56,455 nt of DNA from positions 1 to 56,455 of the IMG/VR virus record IMGVR_UViG_3300030117_005233. The stretch is one strand, 5' to 3'. The stretch comes from a virus (Duplodnaviria > Caudoviricetes). The notes below the pieces were generated by a model. It made no database searches. It was given only the letters and a program-made list of their open reading frames with translations, and was not told the DNA's origin. Of this stretch, positions 9,157 to 18,382 are shown piece by piece. The position numbers and the translations under genes are program-made. Every line of letters begins with the position of its first letter. Position 1 is the first letter of the stretch.

Positions 9157-9585
9157 ATGAATGATGAAATTATAGAATGGTCACCTGATGATATGTTAGA
9201 AATATCATTAAACGAACCTGATGATTTTCTTAAGATTAAAGAGACTTTAACCAGAATTGGTGTAGCTTCTAGAAGAGAAAACAATACTCTGTTTCAGAGT
9301 TGTCATATACTTCATAAGCAAGGGCACTATTTTATTACCCACTTTAAAGAGTTATTTTTATTAGACGGTAAGCCATCTAATTTAACAGAGAATGATATAG
9401 CACGAAGAAATACTATAACTTCTTTACTCTCTGATTGGGGACTATTAGGAATAGTTAATAAAGATTCAATGCAAGCATTTGCAGAATTAAAACAAATTAA
9501 AATTATTCCTCATAGAGAAAAAGAAAACTGGATTTTGGAATCGAAATATTCTATAGGAAATTCTAAAGGTAGATCGTATTCCTAA
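9157..9585 (+). CDS. regA: Translational repressor RegA
   Basis: PDDFLKIKETLTRIGVAS, QSCHILHKQG, HFKELFLLDG. Confidence 0.96.
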   Translation: MNDEIIEWSPDDMLEISLNEPDDFLKIKETLTRIGVASRRENNTLFQSCHILHKQGHYFITHFKELFLLDGKPSNLTENDIARRNTITSLLSDWGLLGIVNKDSMQAFAELKQIKIIPHREKENWILESKYSIGNSKGRSYS

Positions 9586-9593
9586 TATAAATA
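9586..9593 (+). promoter_or_regulatory. T4-type late promoter for hsp20
   Basis: TATAAATA immediately after the regA stop. Confidence 0.65.
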
Positions 9594-9655
9594 AAATAGA
9601 AGATGCTCGAGTGAGGTCTTCATAACATATAACTTGCTTAATAAGGAGGCAAACA

Positions 9656-10129
9656 ATGACACAGTTCACAACTGCGGTGCTCGATTCTTTTTTCGATCAC
9701 CTACAACCCGATAATAGATTTATCGGAATGGATAACATCTACGACCGTATACAACGCGGTGTACAATATCACGACACAAACTTTCCTGTGTACAACGTGA
9801 TTCATGATAATAAAGAAGAAACATATACTATTGAGATAGCTCTTGCTGGTTACAGCCAAGATAATATCGATGTTACATTAGACGATCAAACATTGATTGT
9901 TAAAGGTGACAAAGGCGATGACGATCAAAATTATTTCCATAAGGGAATTGCTTATCGTAAGTTCGAAAAGCGATGGACTCTTGGTGAGTTTATGGTTGTA
10001 GACAATGCTTCTTTTGAAGACGGTTTACTTAAGATTTATTTAAGTAAAGTTATACCAGATGAAAAGAAACCACGTACCATTGAAATTAATGGTAAAAAAA
10101 GTAAAAAAAAGAGTGTACTTAAAGGTTAA
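9656..10129 (+). CDS. hsp20: Small heat-shock protein Hsp20
   Basis: FPVYNV, IEIALAG, HKGIAYRKF, FEDGLL, KPRTIEI; located between regA and gp43. Confidence 0.93.
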   Translation: MTQFTTAVLDSFFDHLQPDNRFIGMDNIYDRIQRGVQYHDTNFPVYNVIHDNKEETYTIEIALAGYSQDNIDVTLDDQTLIVKGDKGDDDQNYFHKGIAYRKFEKRWTLGEFMVVDNASFEDGLLKIYLSKVIPDEKKPRTIEINGKKSKKKSVLKG

Positions 10130-10178
10130 TATTTGGTATAATATATACTATAATTTAAAACACCGAAAGGTATAAATA
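10114..10178 (+). promoter_or_regulatory. Tandem early (10114-10142) and late (10171-10178) promoters
   Basis: TGTACT-N17-TATAAT, then TATAAATA. Confidence 0.7.
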
Positions 10179-10184
10179 GATTAT

Positions 10185-10458
10185 TAACAATTTGGTGAGA
10201 GCGACGGTTCTCACCTGGGTTTGGCTGAGCAGCAACCTGACATAAGTTGCAAGGCACCGCGGATCTGATCAACGGTCAAGTGATTGAGAGATGACGAGCG
10301 GGTACAAGTAGGATATTATAAAACAGGATTTGTGTTTCTGAAAGTCGTTGGTAACCCTGAGTCCAACAGCCCACCTTTTAAACAGAGGCAGGACCCGCGC
10401 CTCGTAAACTAAACGAAGGGGATCGACCTGAGCAAGTTGTAAAACTGCTCCTCTTTTA
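10185..10458 (+). ncRNA. Candidate structured non-coding RNA, family unknown
   Basis: GC-enriched intergenic stretch with several hairpins downstream of two promoters; no credible + strand ORF. Confidence 0.55.
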
Positions 10459-10460
10459 TT

Positions 10461-11111
10461 ATGATAGAAAATATTTTCAGCATACCGATTTACAAAACGA
10501 TCATACAAGATTATCCAAAAGAAGCAATGATAGATCGTTGTAAAAAATATATTGCTGAAGCAAAACCTTGTGCAAAAAGTCTAACTCCTCGTGATTTAAA
10601 AGATACTAGAAGTTATTTTGGCGATACTTTTAACGGTGGGCAACTTCATAATTTTCCTGAATTTGATGTGCTAAATGATGCTATTAGTAAACATGTTAAA
10701 CTATATTTTGCAGATGCCACAGAAGATTTTTTAAGAGACTTAAACATTTATGCACAAAAGTCTTGGTTTGTTAGAGTAAAATCAGGTGGAAGTGTTGGAA
10801 TGCATTCTCATCCTAATGGTCATGTTAGTTGTGTTTTTTATATTGATGTGCCTGATAAGTGTGGTAAGTTATGTTTTTCTGCTCCAGAAAACTGTGTAAC
10901 AAATCTACCTATACCAATGGGATATGATGATTATGAAATAGTACCGCAAAACGGTATGTTAATTTTATTTCCATCATCATTAGAACATTACGTTTTAAAC
11001 TCAATGCCAGACATACCAAGATACTCGGTGTCTTATGACCTAATTTGTGCGACACCACTTCCAGAAGAGAACTATTGTTTAGATCCTTCTAATTGGAAAA
11101 AACTAAAATAG
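10461..11111 (+). CDS. 2OG-Fe(II) oxygenase (TIGR02466-like)
   Basis: IFSIPIY, HSHPNGHVSCVFY, LILFPSSLEHYV, RYSVSY. Confidence 0.85.
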   Translation: MIENIFSIPIYKTIIQDYPKEAMIDRCKKYIAEAKPCAKSLTPRDLKDTRSYFGDTFNGGQLHNFPEFDVLNDAISKHVKLYFADATEDFLRDLNIYAQKSWFVRVKSGGSVGMHSHPNGHVSCVFYIDVPDKCGKLCFSAPENCVTNLPIPMGYDDYEIVPQNGMLILFPSSLEHYVLNSMPDIPRYSVSYDLICATPLPEENYCLDPSNWKKLK

Positions 11112-11114
11112 TTA

Positions 11115-11143
11115 TTTACTTTTATCCCAAGTTGTGATACTAT
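11115..11143 (+). promoter_or_regulatory. Early promoter for gp43
   Basis: TTTACT-N17-TACTAT. Confidence 0.6.
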
Positions 11144-11152
11144 ATATAAGTT

Positions 11153-13624
11153 ATGAGTTACAAAAGTTTTTATACATCCGTAAATAGATACGGCCAGAAT
11201 ATTCTTTACCGCGGATATGACACCGAAGGCAAACCGGACATACGTAAAATTAAGTACCGTCCAACAATGTATGTTCCTTCTAAAAGTAAGAATCCCACAT
11301 GGCACGGACTAGATGGTACTCCTGTCGATCCTATCAAACTCGGCTCGATGCGTGAGTGCAAACAATTTATTGAAAGTTACGGTAAAATAGATAACTACAA
11401 TATCTATGGTAACACTCGACACGTTCATGGTTGTATTCAAGAAATGTATCCGAATACTATTCAAGCCGATACTAGTTTAATTAATGTAGTAACGTTTGAC
11501 ATCGAGACTGCAGTCGGTGACGGATTCCCAAGTCCAGATCAAGCGCAACAAGAGATTCTTGCAATAACTCTCAAGTCAAGTCGTAATAATAAGTACACAG
11601 TTTTCGGTCTAAAGCATTACGATCCAAAACTTAGTGAACTAGATCTTGAGATAGAATACTTTCGTTTCGATAACGAACATACTTTACTTTCTGCATTTGT
11701 TGAATGGTGGGAACAACCTTATCATTTACCTGATGTTATCACAGGTTGGAATACAAGATTCTTTGACATTCCTTACATGGTAAACCGTCTTGCTCGTGTT
11801 CTCGGTGAAGATGAAACTCGCAGACTTTCTCCGTGGAAAATGATTGAGCAAAGACAAATAAAACGTATGGGCCGTGAATCGATTGCGTTTGATATTATTG
11901 GTGTTCAGTCTCTTGACTACATGGATCTATTTCAAAAGTTTGCATACACTTACGGTAATCAAGAATCTTATTCTTTAAATCATATCTCGCATGTTGTTCT
12001 CGGTGATGAAAAGCTTGATTATTCTGACATCGGTACTTTTATGGAAGTGTATGATAATGATTTTCAAAAGTTTATTGATTACAACATCAAGGATGTAGAA
12101 CTCGTGCATCGTATCGATGAGAAACTTGGTTTGATCGATCTTGTTATGACGATGGCATATATGGCCGGTGTAAACTATTCCGATACTCTTGGTACAACTG
12201 CGATATGGGATTGTATTATCTTCCGTGAACTAATGCGTAAAAAAATTGCTGTTCCTCAACCGAAAGATCACAAGAAAGCTGCATTCGTTGGTGGTTATGT
12301 AAAAGATCCACATGTCGGAATGCATGATTGGGTTATGTCGTTTGACCTTAACTCTCTTTATCCGAATATTATTATTCAATATAATATGTCGCCAGAAACT
12401 TTGATTCGAATGCCTAACGCGATCGGCGCAAAGGCTGCAAACGGTGCGACGTTCCGTAAAGATAAGAAAGGTATTATTCCTGAGATTGTAGAAAAGATGT
12501 ACGAGACTCGTGTTTCTGTTAAGAAAGAAATGTTACAAGTTAAACAAGAGATCGAGAAAAATGGCACAACAGATCAGCTTGTTCGTAAAGCAAGTATTCT
12601 AGAAAACAAACAGATGTCTACAAAGATTCTTCTTAACTCTTTGTACGGTGCGATGGGTAATCGTTACTTTAGATACTTTGATTTGCAAGTTGCTGAAGGT
12701 GTAACTACTACAGGTCAGAAAGTAATTCAAGAAGGCGAAATTGCTATTAACAAATATCTTCAAAAAGTTATGGAAGATGATAAAGACAGAGTTATTGCAA
12801 TGGATACTGACTCTCTTTATATTGGCGTTGGTGATTTTATTGAAAAGTATCACCCTAACCATACGCCTGATGTCAATACTGATTATCTAAATAACTTTGC
12901 TGAACGAGCTTTAGAACCCGTGCTTGAAGCCGCATATGATAAATTTGCCAAAGATACCGATGCTTATGAAAATCGTATGGTCATGAAACGTGAAGCTATA
13001 GCTGATCGTGGTATCTGGACTGCAAAAAAACGTTATATCTTAAATGTTTATGACAACGAAGGTGTTCGATATGCGAAACCTAAGATTAAAGTTATGGGTA
13101 TCGAAGCTGTCAAGTCTTCTACTCCAGAAGTTTGTCGTGATGCAATGAAACAAATGTTCAAGATTATTGTGACAGGTGATGAAAGTAAAACTCAAGATGC
13201 GATTGCACAGTTCAAACAAGTATTCAAAAGTTTGCCTCCACATAAAATTGCGTTTCCTCGTGGTGTAAGTAACATTACAAACTATGCAGATAAAGTTCAC
13301 ATCTTTTCTAAAGGTACTCCGATTCACTCCCGTGGTGCTTTATTATTTAATTACTATGTCAAGAAAAATAATCTAGATAAAAAATATCGTCTTATTCAGA
13401 ACGGCGATAAGATTAAGTTCATTTATCTTCTTAAGAATAATGCTATGCGTCAGAATGTTATCTCATTTCCTGATGAGAATCTTCCGGAAGAACTTGGTCT
13501 ACATAATTACATCGATCACGAGTTACAGTTTCAAAAAACTTTTCTTGATCCGTTAGAAATTATTCTTAAATCTATCGGATGGAAAGCAGAACCGGTTGCA
13601 TCATTGGAGGACTTTTTCGCATGA
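11153..13624 (+). CDS. gp43: Family B DNA polymerase
   Basis: FDIET exo I, SFDLNSLYP, KILLNSLYG, MDTDS, KKRY; uninterrupted. Confidence 0.98.
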   Translation: MSYKSFYTSVNRYGQNILYRGYDTEGKPDIRKIKYRPTMYVPSKSKNPTWHGLDGTPVDPIKLGSMRECKQFIESYGKIDNYNIYGNTRHVHGCIQEMYPNTIQADTSLINVVTFDIETAVGDGFPSPDQAQQEILAITLKSSRNNKYTVFGLKHYDPKLSELDLEIEYFRFDNEHTLLSAFVEWWEQPYHLPDVITGWNTRFFDIPYMVNRLARVLGEDETRRLSPWKMIEQRQIKRMGRESIAFDIIGVQSLDYMDLFQKFAYTYGNQESYSLNHISHVVLGDEKLDYSDIGTFMEVYDNDFQKFIDYNIKDVELVHRIDEKLGLIDLVMTMAYMAGVNYSDTLGTTAIWDCIIFRELMRKKIAVPQPKDHKKAAFVGGYVKDPHVGMHDWVMSFDLNSLYPNIIIQYNMSPETLIRMPNAIGAKAANGATFRKDKKGIIPEIVEKMYETRVSVKKEMLQVKQEIEKNGTTDQLVRKASILENKQMSTKILLNSLYGAMGNRYFRYFDLQVAEGVTTTGQKVIQEGEIAINKYLQKVMEDDKDRVIAMDTDSLYIGVGDFIEKYHPNHTPDVNTDYLNNFAERALEPVLEAAYDKFAKDTDAYENRMVMKREAIADRGIWTAKKRYILNVYDNEGVRYAKPKIKVMGIEAVKSSTPEVCRDAMKQMFKIIVTGDESKTQDAIAQFKQVFKSLPPHKIAFPRGVSNITNYADKVHIFSKGTPIHSRGALLFNYYVKKNNLDKKYRLIQNGDKIKFIYLLKNNAMRQNVISFPDENLPEELGLHNYIDHELQFQKTFLDPLEIILKSIGWKAEPVASLEDFFA

Positions 13625-13887
13625 TAGAAAACATATTAGGATTTACATATAACTTTTGTTTTATTGTTTGTTATTGGCCACAGATCATAAAGGCGATAAA
13701 ACGAAAATCAATTAAGAACGTAAGCTTGTCATTATTTACATTATCTATTATTGGTTATGCAGCAGCAATAGGTTACACCATACTAAGAGTTGGCTTTGAC
13801 TTTTGGTGGTTATTTAATTATATTGCCTCTTGTGTTTCTGCAATTGCAATGGTAATAGTTTACTTTAAATATAGGAAAACAAGATGA
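13621..13887 (+). CDS. PQ-loop/SemiSWEET-like small transporter
   Basis: Start re-called to ATG 13621 (ATGA overlap with the gp43 stop); YWPQIIKAIKRKSIKNVS and three TM segments. Confidence 0.75.
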   Translation: MIENILGFTYNFCFIVCYWPQIIKAIKRKSIKNVSLSLFTLSIIGYAAAIGYTILRVGFDFWWLFNYIASCVSAIAMVIVYFKYRKTR

Positions 13888-14129
13888 ATCATAATATAAC
13901 AAAAGTGTACGAAGCAATAAGTACAATACTTGCAATTGCAGCTTCGTTATATCTATCAACAATGACGAACGACTCTAACATGTTAATTGTTTTTGGTTGT
14001 TTCTTTATTAGTTCAATTGCAGGCGTAATAGCATTTAGACGTCGTAAATTAGGATGGCCACTAACATTACAATATTATTTTTGTTTCGTAAATTTATTTG
14101 GTATAACAAGAACATTAGGATGGTTATGA
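13884..14129 (+). CDS. Small 3-TM membrane protein
   Basis: Hydrophobic helices; ATGA-coupled to the upstream gene. Confidence 0.55.
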   Translation: MNHNITKVYEAISTILAIAASLYLSTMTNDSNMLIVFGCFFISSIAGVIAFRRRKLGWPLTLQYYFCFVNLFGITRTLGWL

Positions 14130-14276
14130 GGTATAATAAAGAAAAGAAAATAATAACTTTTATGGTTATACTATCAGTACTTGCTGTATTCATAGATGTA
14201 TCTTGGGGTATATACTTTGCAGTTATGACTAATGTACTTACTAATTACTTTGGACACTATACGAGGCATTACATAG

Positions 14277-14474
14277 ATGGGTAAAGGAATGACACCAAAG
14301 AAAGGATACAACGATAAGAAGTATAAAGATAATTATGATTCTATCGATTGGTCTAGCGTAAGAAAAAACTCTAAAGGACTTATGGGCTCTAAGACAAAAG
14401 TACATGAGGATAAAAGAAGGAAACAAATTGATAAGGAACATAAAAATGAGATGTACAACAGCGACAAAATTTGA
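14277..14474 (+). CDS. Small basic hypothetical protein
   Basis: MGKG...KYKDNYDSIDW. Confidence 0.5.
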   Translation: MGKGMTPKKGYNDKKYKDNYDSIDWSSVRKNSKGLMGSKTKVHEDKRRKQIDKEHKNEMYNSDKI

Positions 14475-14480
14475 TATAAT
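14452..14480 (+). promoter_or_regulatory. Early promoter
   Basis: TGTACA-N17-TATAAT. Confidence 0.7.
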
Positions 14481-14492
14481 AGGAGGCGTAGA

Positions 14493-14957
14493 ATGAGTGA
14501 TGATAGTGTTTGGATGTCTCATTTGCTAGGAGAATTAGAACCGGAGAAAAAAAATATGTGGTCAGAAGATATGAATATGATGCATGGACATTATGGCGTT
14601 CATGAATCAATAGAAAAAATGGATAAAGATACACTTCGTAAGTTTCTAAAGTTTAGAGCAGAATGTATTCAAGAAGAGGTAGATGAACTTGACCAAGCTG
14701 TTCGAGGTAGAGAAGTAGATGCAGAAGAAACTGTAGATGCTTTAATTGATATATGTGTATTTGCAATTGGAACTTTAGATTTATTTGGTGTAGACGCACA
14801 TAAGGCTTGGAGAGAAGTCTACGAAGCAAATATGAACAAAGAGATTGGAATTAAAAAAGAAAGACCAAATCCTTTTGGTTTGCCTGATTTAGTTAAACCA
14901 AAAGGATGGGCACCACCAATTCACATAGATAATCACGGAAAGTTGAGAGATTTATAA
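14493..14957 (+). CDS. All-alpha NTP pyrophosphatase (MazG/PRA-PH-like), possible dCTPase/dUTPase
   Basis: EEVDEL...ETVDALIDI, EVYEANMNK, DLVKPKGW. Confidence 0.85.
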   Translation: MSDDSVWMSHLLGELEPEKKNMWSEDMNMMHGHYGVHESIEKMDKDTLRKFLKFRAECIQEEVDELDQAVRGREVDAEETVDALIDICVFAIGTLDLFGVDAHKAWREVYEANMNKEIGIKKERPNPFGLPDLVKPKGWAPPIHIDNHGKLRDL

Positions 14958-15193
14958 TGGGTACACCTTTTATAGGACAACACGATAAAGCACAAGTAAG
15001 TATGATACTATTCTTATCTTGGGCTAACTTTGCATTGATGATAATGCTAATTAGTTGGTTAGTGGTATGGACCAATCATCAATAAATTTATTTTATGGTA
15101 TACTTTTTATAATAGTAATACCTATGATGGTAACTATTAGTTTACAAATATTTGAAGATGATGACGTTAAAAAAGAAAGACAACTTAAATGGC

Positions 15194-16138
15194 ATGATGA
15201 TTGAGTTTACAGCATTTCCATCTGTATACGATAACAAGACTCATAGAAAATTCTCATTTGAGAACTGGGATAAATTTAAAGCTGCACTTTTTAACATGTC
15301 AAAAAAGCCTGGTTACAAACCACGTAAAGGCGAAAAAAGCAATCTTAAAGCCTCACCACTTATTACACCTGCGACTTATGATGAAGGTACAACTCGTGCA
15401 AACGCTAATGTAATAAAATGGGCAGGTTGGTGTGCTCTTGATATAGATGAGTATGACGTATCCTTCAAAGAAGCTGTAAAACAATTCAGTGACTATTCTT
15501 ATGTTTGTTACTCGACTGCTTCGTCGACAAAACAAAAGCCAAAGTTTAGAATTGTATTTGAGTTAAGTACAGATGTAGAGAATGAAAAGATAAAACATTT
15601 TTGGTTTGCGTTAAACAAAGAATTTAATTCTATCGGCGATCCGCAAACAAAAGATTTATCTCGTATGTATTATATACCTGCACAATATCCTAATGCTTAT
15701 AACTTTTGTTTTAGTAATGAAGGATTACAACTAGATCCGCAAACGCTTATGGATAAACACGAGTATGTAGATAATAGTGGTACATTTTTATCTAAGCTTC
15801 CTATAGAAATGCAGCAAGCGATATTACAACATCGCAAAGATAGTTTAACAAATACTGATTATACATGGACATCATATCAAGATTGTAAGTTTGTAAATAA
15901 AAAATTAGTCGAAGAATATCGTAACATAACAGAAACAGGTTGGTATCATAAAATGTACCAGATAATGATATCAATTGGAGGCAATGCAATTCGTTATAAA
16001 TATCCTATAACAGCTACAGAGATTGCAATCTTGTGTAGACAGATAGATTTAGAAACAGGTGGTTGGTATAAAAACAGACCAATTGAAAAAGAAGCACAAA
16101 GAGCGTTAGATTTTGTGCTCGCAAGTGATAAATATTAG
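15194..16138 (+). CDS. AEP/Prim-Pol-like protein
   Basis: ALDID (motif I), YSTASS..KPKFRIV, GDPQTKDLSR; start uncertain (15152-15197). Confidence 0.6.
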   Translation: MMIEFTAFPSVYDNKTHRKFSFENWDKFKAALFNMSKKPGYKPRKGEKSNLKASPLITPATYDEGTTRANANVIKWAGWCALDIDEYDVSFKEAVKQFSDYSYVCYSTASSTKQKPKFRIVFELSTDVENEKIKHFWFALNKEFNSIGDPQTKDLSRMYYIPAQYPNAYNFCFSNEGLQLDPQTLMDKHEYVDNSGTFLSKLPIEMQQAILQHRKDSLTNTDYTWTSYQDCKFVNKKLVEEYRNITETGWYHKMYQIMISIGGNAIRYKYPITATEIAILCRQIDLETGGWYKNRPIEKEAQRALDFVLASDKY

Positions 16139-16614
16139 TGAGATTTATTATGAAGAAAATATTGAAATCAAAGTACCACGACCAAAAATATATCACTATT
16201 AACGATGAAAAGTTTGAAGTTAAACCTTTACCACTTGAAAAATGTTGGCCATCAGTACCTCGAGCCGATATCCATCGTGATATACCTTTCTATCAACCAG
16301 TAAAAGAATCAATTCAAAAAGAAGGTATGCATTTTCCTATTATGGTATATTATGCCACACGATGGGAACTTATCGAACAAAAAAAGATATGGCATAAGCA
16401 TATTGAACCTCTTCCATTTTATAAAACAGACACAGCAAATCACCATAAAAAAATATATGTTGTATGGGGTGGATCTAACCGTTGGCATGTTGCAAAAGAA
16501 TTGGGTTATACTCATATCGATTGCGCACTAATGCCATCATTCGATAAAGCATACGGATTACAAAAAAACTTTAGAATGCCGTATCCTAATCTTTATGGTG
16601 GAGACCCAAGATAG
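16138..16614 (+). CDS. ParB/Srx-like domain protein
   Basis: ESIQKEGMHFPIMV...VWGGSNRWHVAKELGY. Confidence 0.65.
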   Translation: MRFIMKKILKSKYHDQKYITINDEKFEVKPLPLEKCWPSVPRADIHRDIPFYQPVKESIQKEGMHFPIMVYYATRWELIEQKKIWHKHIEPLPFYKTDTANHHKKIYVVWGGSNRWHVAKELGYTHIDCALMPSFDKAYGLQKNFRMPYPNLYGGDPR

Positions 16615-17363
16615 TGCGTAATTTAATTTTCCAGTATTATATTCCATATGAAGCAGGTGATGCTGACATGGGAGGATTCCAATTACCTGAATGGGCGCAC
16701 GGCGGTAGTTATTCTGCTAGACGATATGCAGAAATTTGTGGTGCTGAATATGAATTTTCGAATGAAAGATATTTTAAACACTTAGATCCTCGCCTTGATT
16801 CACTAAGAATTTTTTATGATGAGAAGTATGATGAGTATGATAATATTCTTTGTTTAGATTTAGATATGCTAATAAAAACAAAAGAGAATATATTCGAAAA
16901 AGATATCGGTGATGTTGCAATGGTTCACGAGCTAGGTGTTCATGTTAGTCAAGGTAACTGGCTAAGAAATGTTATGGAGGTTCCTTTAGAAAAAAGAGGA
17001 GTTATCGCTTACGGTAAACATTTATTTGGAAGTGATTGGATGTTTCCTAAATCAGAGTTATATCCTGATGAAGCTTGGAGATATTTAAACGGCGGACTAC
17101 AACTTTGGTCAAAAGAAGGTAGACAAAAAGCACGTAAACATTTTACTTCAGTTGATAACTATTATTTACATACAAGATACACAGAACAAATGTACATTAA
17201 TTTACAATTATCACAACCGATTTTTAATGTAAAAGAACTTCCTACAGAATGGAATAGAATAGCTATATATCAAAAGCCTCTGTTTGATGGAAAGATAAAT
17301 CATTTTTTAGCAAGGCATAAATTTAGTATACCGCAACTTATAAAAGACGGATGGAGCGTATGA
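16614..17363 (+). CDS. GT-A fold glycosyltransferase (GT8/GT34-like), paralogue 1
   Basis: LDLDM, LNGG, EQMYIN, EWN. Confidence 0.75.
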   Translation: MRNLIFQYYIPYEAGDADMGGFQLPEWAHGGSYSARRYAEICGAEYEFSNERYFKHLDPRLDSLRIFYDEKYDEYDNILCLDLDMLIKTKENIFEKDIGDVAMVHELGVHVSQGNWLRNVMEVPLEKRGVIAYGKHLFGSDWMFPKSELYPDEAWRYLNGGLQLWSKEGRQKARKHFTSVDNYYLHTRYTEQMYINLQLSQPIFNVKELPTEWNRIAIYQKPLFDGKINHFLARHKFSIPQLIKDGWSV

Positions 17364-17971
17364 AGTATTTAGAAATAGCTGCAGCCAAAAAACGTGGATC
17401 TGAATGGGTTGCTGTTCGTGACGAATGTGATGATTACGATGGCGTACAAAAATATGATATGACAAACTTGCCTATGTCAGGTGTTCCAGATAATTGCTTC
17501 GATGGAATATATTCTGAACATTTTATCGAGCATCTATTTAAATATCAAGGGGTTAATTTTTTTAAGGAAGCTTTCCGCATACTTAAACCTGGAGGAATCA
17601 TTAGAACAGTTTGGCCTCCATATGAATTTGTAGAAAAATTAGTTAGTGATGAATCTTTAACTCAAGCTGAAAATAATTTTGTAGAACACTATTTTCAATT
17701 CTATGTTCAAAGGCATAACTTTGCTCCGTCTGGAAATGAACATCGTAGTAAAAGAGAACAATGTGCATTAGGATTATCATATCAAAATGGTGAACATCTA
17801 TATGTATGGCCTAAAAAAGAACTTATAGAAGTATGTACTGATATTGGATTTACTCGTGTAGAAGAAAAACTTTATAACGTAAGTAGTTTACAAGCATTCA
17901 ATTATATTGAAACACCTTGTCAAATTAGAGCAGCACATTCTGCTGTTGTGGAGGCAACGAAACCAGCATGA
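17360..17971 (+). CDS. SAM-dependent methyltransferase
   Basis: FDGIYSEHFIEHL...FRILKPGG. Confidence 0.8.
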   Translation: MKYLEIAAAKKRGSEWVAVRDECDDYDGVQKYDMTNLPMSGVPDNCFDGIYSEHFIEHLFKYQGVNFFKEAFRILKPGGIIRTVWPPYEFVEKLVSDESLTQAENNFVEHYFQFYVQRHNFAPSGNEHRSKREQCALGLSYQNGEHLYVWPKKELIEVCTDIGFTRVEEKLYNVSSLQAFNYIETPCQIRAAHSAVVEATKPA

Positions 17972-18378
17972 CAATAATTGCAGAATATAAAGGTAATCTA
18001 TCTGAGTTTACATATTTTTGGAAACCATTAATAATTAAACACGGCGAAGTTGAATTTATTTTTACTAATGGTAATGATTTAACAGGTGTAAAAACAGCTA
18101 ATAGTATTGAAGAAGCAGTCAGTATGAGTTCAAGTGAAAATATATTTTTAACAGATACTAATGGTATACCTACCTATGAAACAATGATATATTTAACGTC
18201 AATGGCTGGTAATGTTTGTTGTAATCCGGTTTGGCACGACTATAATAACGCACCCGCTGGTCAAAAAACAAACTCATTTACTATTTTAAAACAACAATTT
18301 ACAGGAACAGATTTTAATGAATATGTCAGTAAATGGAATCCAAAAGTGATTGAAGACTTAACATTATATAAGGTATGA
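17968..18378 (+). CDS. Hypothetical protein in the glycosylation island
   Basis: ATGA-coupled ORF with no recognisable motif. Confidence 0.5.
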   Translation: MTIIAEYKGNLSEFTYFWKPLIIKHGEVEFIFTNGNDLTGVKTANSIEEAVSMSSSENIFLTDTNGIPTYETMIYLTSMAGNVCCNPVWHDYNNAPAGQKTNSFTILKQQFTGTDFNEYVSKWNPKVIEDLTLYKV

Positions 18379-18382
18379 ATAC

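Noticed and set aside
10185-10458. tmRNA or tRNA; also the minus-strand ORF 10269-10508
   Set aside because: No acceptor stem, T-arm or CCA pattern found; the ORF is antisense to two promoters and has no recognisable motif
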